A stretch of 41,322 nucleotides of DNA, from NCBI GenBank assembly GCA_050485745.1, contig JBJHBY010000003.1, positions 1 to 41,322 on the forward strand. Reading direction: 5' to 3'. Made by a program: the position numbers and the translations under genes. Below the pieces are notes generated by a model. It searched no databases. It was given only the letters and a program-made list of their open reading frames with translations, and was not told the DNA's origin. The stretch's first letter is position 1. Every line of letters starts with the position of its first letter. This DNA comes from Gammaproteobacteria bacterium. GTDB lineage: Bacteria > Pseudomonadota > Gammaproteobacteria > Pseudomonadales > CAMLJR01. Shown one piece after another: positions 37,558 to 41,322 of the stretch.

Positions 37558-39681
37558 ATGCTGACGGACGAACTCACGCAGCGCATCCAGGAAGCCTATC
37601 GCAGCTGGCTGGACGGCAAGGGCTTTCGGCCCCGCTACGGGCAGCGTCTGATGATTGCCGAGATTGCCCGTGCCCTGACCGGCGACGGCGGGGACGCCGA
37701 GCCGCTGGCGGTCGTCGAGGCCGGCACCGGCACCGGCAAGACCATTGCCTACAGCCTTGCGGCGATTCCCGTTGCGCAGGCGCTGGACAAGACCCTGGTG
37801 GTGGCGACGGCCACGGTGGCCCTGCAGGAACAGATCGTATTGCGGGATCTGCCGGACGTCGCCCGTCACAGTGGTCTGGTGTTTTCGTCCGCGCTGGCCA
37901 AGGGGCGCAGTCGCTATCTCTGCCTGGCCAAGCTGGACACGGCACTGTCCGCTGACGCTCCTGACCCGACACTGGCACTGTATCCCGACGAAGAGCCGCC
38001 GCGTGTCGATGCGGTCGCCCGCGCCACCTACCAGGCGTTTCTCGATGCACTGGCGGAGGGGCGCTGGGACGGCGATCGCGACCAGTGGAGCGGTGATCTG
38101 GATGACGCCGTATGGTCCCGTGTCACGACCGATCACGCCCAATGCAGCGGGCGGCGTTGCCCCCATGTGCGGCAATGCAGCTTCTTTCGCGCCCGCGAGG
38201 AAATCGGCAAGACCGATGTCATCGTCACCAATCACGATCTGGTGCTGGCGGATCTCGCCCTGGGCGGGGGCGCCATTCTGCCGGCGCCGGAAGACTGCAT
38301 CTTCGTGTTCGATGAGGGCCACCACCTGCCGGACAAGGCGCGGGATCACTTTGCGCGCATGCTGCGCCTGCGCGCCAGCGAGCGCTGGCTGGAGCAGGGT
38401 GCCCGCGCGCTCGGCACGGCGGCGGCAGACCTGGGTGAGGTGGAGCGGCTGGCCTCGGGGCTGGCGGAACTGCCCTCGGTGATGCTCAATCTGCGCAAGC
38501 GCCTTGGCGCGCTGCGCCCGGGCCTGGAAAGCCTGATCGCGGAGGCGGGCGAAGAGAGTGGCGGCGATCTGGTCTACCGCTTTCCCAGCGGCGAGGTACC
38601 GGACACCCTGCGTACCCAGGCCGGTGATCTGAAAGCGGGTTTCGAGGAACTCGTCGATGGCCTGGGCAAGGCCCTGGCGCGCCTGGATGATGTGCTGGAG
38701 GAGCCGGCCTCGCCCGGCTTGCGCAACGCGGCGGAGCGCTGGCATCCGGCGCTGGGTCTGTTGCGTCAGCGCGCCGACGCGGGGCGAGAGCTGTGGGCGC
38801 TGTATGTGCTGGAAGACGACCCCGGGCAGCCGCCACGGGCACGTTGGCTGGATGTCCGCGGCGGTGGCGGTGGCGGTACCGCTGGCGGGCTGGAGATCGC
38901 CCTGCACTGCAGCCCGATCGTGGCCGCCGGAGCCCTGAGCCGGCAGTTGTGGCAGCGCTGCCATGCGGCTGTGGTGACCTCGGCGACGCTGACCGCACTG
39001 GGCCGTTTCGACCGCTTCAGAATGCGCTCCGGGGTGCCGGCGACGGCGCATTTCGCCGTGGTGCCGAGCCCGTTTGATTACGCCGGGTCGGGAACCCTCG
39101 TGGTACCACCGATGACCGCCGATCCCGGTGATCCGGAAGCCCATACGGCGATGCTGGTGACCATGTTGCCGGATCTGCTCGATCCGGCCGAGGGCAGTCT
39201 GGTGTTGTTCGCCTCGCGTCGACAAATGGAGACGGTGCGCGACAGCCTGCCGGAGACCTGGCAGGCGCGGGTGCTGATGCAGGGCGCCCTGTCCAAGCAG
39301 GAACTGCTCAATCGCCACCGCGCCGCCGTCGATGCAGGCTCCGGCAGCGTGCTGTTCGGCCTCGCCAGCCTTGCGGAGGGAGTGGATCTGCCGGGCCGCT
39401 ATTGCAGCCATGTGGTCATCGCCAAGATCCCGTTCGCGGTGCCGGATGACCCGGTGGAAGCGGCGCTGGCGGAGTGGATCCGGGCGCGGGGAGGCAACCC
39501 CTTCATGGAAATCGCGGTGCCCGATGCCGCCCTGCGCCTGGTTCAGGCCAGCGGCCGGCTGCTGCGCAGCGAGAGCGACCGTGGCCGCATTACCCTGCTC
39601 GATCGTCGTGTGGTCAGCAAGCGTTACGGCAAGGCACTGCTGGACGCCCTGCCACCATTTCGCCGGGAGGTGGCGGCGTGA
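37558..39681 (+). CDS. dinG: ATP-dependent DNA helicase DinG
   Basis: Walker A VVEAGTGTGKT, DEAH-type box VFDEGHHL and a Cys cluster (CLAK...CSGRRCPHVRQCSFF) for the Fe-S domain. C-terminal motifs TSATL and VVIAKIPF. Confidence 0.9.
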   Translation: MLTDELTQRIQEAYRSWLDGKGFRPRYGQRLMIAEIARALTGDGGDAEPLAVVEAGTGTGKTIAYSLAAIPVAQALDKTLVVATATVALQEQIVLRDLPDVARHSGLVFSSALAKGRSRYLCLAKLDTALSADAPDPTLALYPDEEPPRVDAVARATYQAFLDALAEGRWDGDRDQWSGDLDDAVWSRVTTDHAQCSGRRCPHVRQCSFFRAREEIGKTDVIVTNHDLVLADLALGGGAILPAPEDCIFVFDEGHHLPDKARDHFARMLRLRASERWLEQGARALGTAAADLGEVERLASGLAELPSVMLNLRKRLGALRPGLESLIAEAGEESGGDLVYRFPSGEVPDTLRTQAGDLKAGFEELVDGLGKALARLDDVLEEPASPGLRNAAERWHPALGLLRQRADAGRELWALYVLEDDPGQPPRARWLDVRGGGGGGTAGGLEIALHCSPIVAAGALSRQLWQRCHAAVVTSATLTALGRFDRFRMRSGVPATAHFAVVPSPFDYAGSGTLVVPPMTADPGDPEAHTAMLVTMLPDLLDPAEGSLVLFASRRQMETVRDSLPETWQARVLMQGALSKQELLNRHRAAVDAGSGSVLFGLASLAEGVDLPGRYCSHVVIAKIPFAVPDDPVEAALAEWIRARGGNPFMEIAVPDAALRLVQASGRLLRSESDRGRITLLDRRVVSKRYGKALLDALPPFRREVAA

Positions 39682-40025
39682 GCGGGCTGCGGCAGCGGGA
39701 TGAACTGGAGCAGGCGCTGCTCGAGATGGAGGACGCCCTGCGGCAGCTCGGTTTGTGGCAGGCGCAGCCTCCGCCCCCGGAGGCACTGGCCAGCCGCGAG
39801 CCCTTCTGCGTGGATACCCTCGACCTGCACCAGTGGCTGCAGTTTATTCTGCTGCCGCGCCTGCGCCAGCTGCTGCGCAGCGGGGCGCCACTGCCGCAGG
39901 CCTCTGACATCAGCCCTATGGTGGCGGAGGCCTATCGCGGCAGCCACCTGGATACGCTCATCCTGGAGACCGCGGTGGCAAGGATCGATCTTCTGCTGGG
40001 CGGCGGCGCCCGCCCTCCCGGCTGA
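39678..40025 (+). CDS. YqcC-like (DUF446) protein
   Basis: REPFCVDTLDLHQWLQFILLPRLRQLLRSGAPLP matches my recollection of E. coli YqcC (QPFFMDTMEPLEWLQWVLIPRMHDLL...PLP). The GTG start overlaps the dinG TGA (GTGA). Confidence 0.65.
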   Translation: MSGLRQRDELEQALLEMEDALRQLGLWQAQPPPPEALASREPFCVDTLDLHQWLQFILLPRLRQLLRSGAPLPQASDISPMVAEAYRGSHLDTLILETAVARIDLLLGGGARPPG

Positions 40026-40038
40026 GCGCGGCCAACGT

Positions 40039-40692
40039 TCACTCGCTTTCCTCTTCCTCCTCGCTGGCTGTGTTGCCGTAGTCCGGGTCCACCGCCATGG
40101 CCATCCGCACCAGGTGGGCGAGGGAGTTGGCCTGGAGCTTTTCCATGACTCTGGCCCGATGGATTTCCACCGTGCGCTGGCTGATGTCGAGATCGATGGC
40201 AATCACCTTGTTGGCCCGGCCCTCGATCATCAGCTGCATCACGTCCCGCTCCCGGGGTGTCAGGCTGGCGATCCGTTCGGTGATCTCCTGGCGCCGTTGC
40301 AGCTGCTCCCGGTTGCGCTGGTCGACGTCCATGGCATGTTCGATCTTGTCGAGCAGATCCTGTTCCCGATAGGGTTTCTGCACGAAGTCCAGGGCACCCT
40401 GTTGCATCGCTTCCACCGCCATGGGGACATCGCCGTGGCCGGTGACAAAAATGACGGGCAATATGGAGTTGCGTTCGTTCAGCTGGCGCTGCAATTCCAT
40501 GCCGGTCATGCCCGGCATGCGGATATCGAGGACCAGACATCCCGCCATGTCGGGGTCGAAATCGGCCAGGAAGGCGCGGGCACTGTCGTAGGGCACGACC
40601 TGCCGGCCCACGGACTCCAGTACCAGTTGCAGGGATTCGCGAACGGCTTCGTCGTCCTCGACGATGTACACGCGTGGGTCATGTCGGCTCAT
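40039..40692 (-). CDS. FixJ/LuxR-family two-component response regulator
   Basis: Receiver domain (RVYIVEDDEAVRESL, LVLDIRMPGMTG, FVQKP). LuxR-type HTH (LTPRERDVMQLMIEGRANKVIAIDLDISQRTVEIHRARVMEKL). Start at ATG 40692. Confidence 0.85.
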   Translation of the reverse strand: MSRHDPRVYIVEDDEAVRESLQLVLESVGRQVVPYDSARAFLADFDPDMAGCLVLDIRMPGMTGMELQRQLNERNSILPVIFVTGHGDVPMAVEAMQQGALDFVQKPYREQDLLDKIEHAMDVDQRNREQLQRRQEITERIASLTPRERDVMQLMIEGRANKVIAIDLDISQRTVEIHRARVMEKLQANSLAHLVRMAMAVDPDYGNTASEEEEESE

Positions 40693-40876
40693 GGTGTTAT
40701 GCTTCCCGCTCGTGGACCGGCACGCCCATGGCGTGTCCCTGTCGTCCGATTGTACCGGTCCACGGCGGGCCGTAAAGCATTCGTGTGCGACGGGTGTCAG
40801 TCGGGCCGCAACAGGGTTTGCTCCATAATGGGGCGGGCCGGGGTACGCATCAGTTGGAGGTCGGTCTGGGCGGGTG

Positions 40877-41322
40877 ATGAAGAGCCGGGTCGTGAAGAGC
40901 AGCATGAGCCAGATTTATCTGGTCAGTCTCGTCCTCATGGCGACGGTTCCCGCGTTGATTCTGGGTTATCTGTGGATTTCGGATCAGAACGAACACTTCA
41001 ACTGGCAGATGCAGTCCTGGCGCGAGAGCGACATGGAGGCGCGCCGCCGGGCCCTGGAGCGCGAGGTCGACGCGGCGATCGAATACATCGAGTTCCGGCG
41101 CGAGGAGCTGCAGCAGCAGGTGCGGCGCGAGCTGGCGCGACGCGTCGATCACGGTATCTCGGTGATCGACAGCCTTTACCAGCAGGCCGGTGACGGCGAC
41201 CGCGAGGCCCTGCTGCAGCGTATCCGGGCAGCCATCGAACCGATCCGTTTTGATGGCAGTACACATTATTTTCTGCACACCCTGGATGGCCAGGGCATCC
41301 TGACGCCGGCCGACCCACACCT
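40877..41322 (+). CDS. sensor protein N-terminus (TM helix plus Cache-like periplasmic domain), 3'-partial
   Basis: Hand-translated; it is absent from the track because it runs off the window. MKSRVVKSSMSQIYLVSLVLMATVPALILGYLWISDQNEHFNWQMQSWRESDMEARRRALEREVDAAIEYIEFRREELQQQV...IRFDGSTHYFLHTLDGQGILTPADPH. The YFF/L..D..G motif is typical of sCache domains. It is divergent from the FixJ-type regulator. ATG 40904 is an alternative start. Confidence 0.55.
   Translation, partial: MKSRVVKSSMSQIYLVSLVLMATVPALILGYLWISDQNEHFNWQMQSWRESDMEARRRALEREVDAAIEYIEFRREELQQQVRRELARRVDHGISVIDSLYQQAGDGDREALLQRIRAAIEPIRFDGSTHYFLHTLDGQGILTPADPH

Noticed and set aside
39700-41193. 497-aa plus-strand ORF
   Set aside because: It is out of frame with the yqcC-like gene and antisense to the FixJ-type regulator, and its sequence is low complexity. 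The real plus-strand gene at the window end is in another frame, starting at 40877.

Overview
High-GC chromosomal segment of gammaproteobacterial type. Its ispB / rplU-rpmA-obg-proB-DUF218 / rpsT arrangement matches the layout I recall from Pseudomonas. All family calls below come from motifs read by eye and recalled family knowledge; no searches were run. Left end (1-5.1 kb): a 5'-truncated type-B carboxylesterase, a LuxR-type regulator and a TonB-dependent receptor. Accessory region (5.1-16.3 kb): a visibly lower-GC islet with a KorA/TrfB-like repressor, a mini LuxR/GerE HTH protein and a BAHD-type (HxxxD...DFG) acyltransferase. It is followed by a glycan cluster with two divergent sulfotransferases, GT8, GT4 and GT2 glycosyltransferases and a DegT-like PLP enzyme. 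An intact IS1182-family element sits in the short spacer between the DegT-like gene and a PEP-CTERM sorting-signal protein gene. That gene has a near-consensus sigma-54 promoter and lies next to the PEP-CTERM regulatory module prsK-prsR-prsT. prsT carries a single in-frame TAA stop. No exosortase gene is in the window. Right part (23-41 kb): a DUF1631 protein, a lipoprotein with a possible FN3-like fold, the housekeeping block, a hexapeptide/gamma-CA protein, a SnoaL-like protein, a TetR-phosphatase pair, a small secreted Cys protein behind a perfect AT-rich palindrome, initiator tRNA-fMet, a PlsC-like acyltransferase, dinG, a yqcC-like gene and a FixJ-type two-component pair that runs off the window. 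No CRISPR array or rRNA was seen. The many long antisense ORFs in the track are high-GC artefacts.
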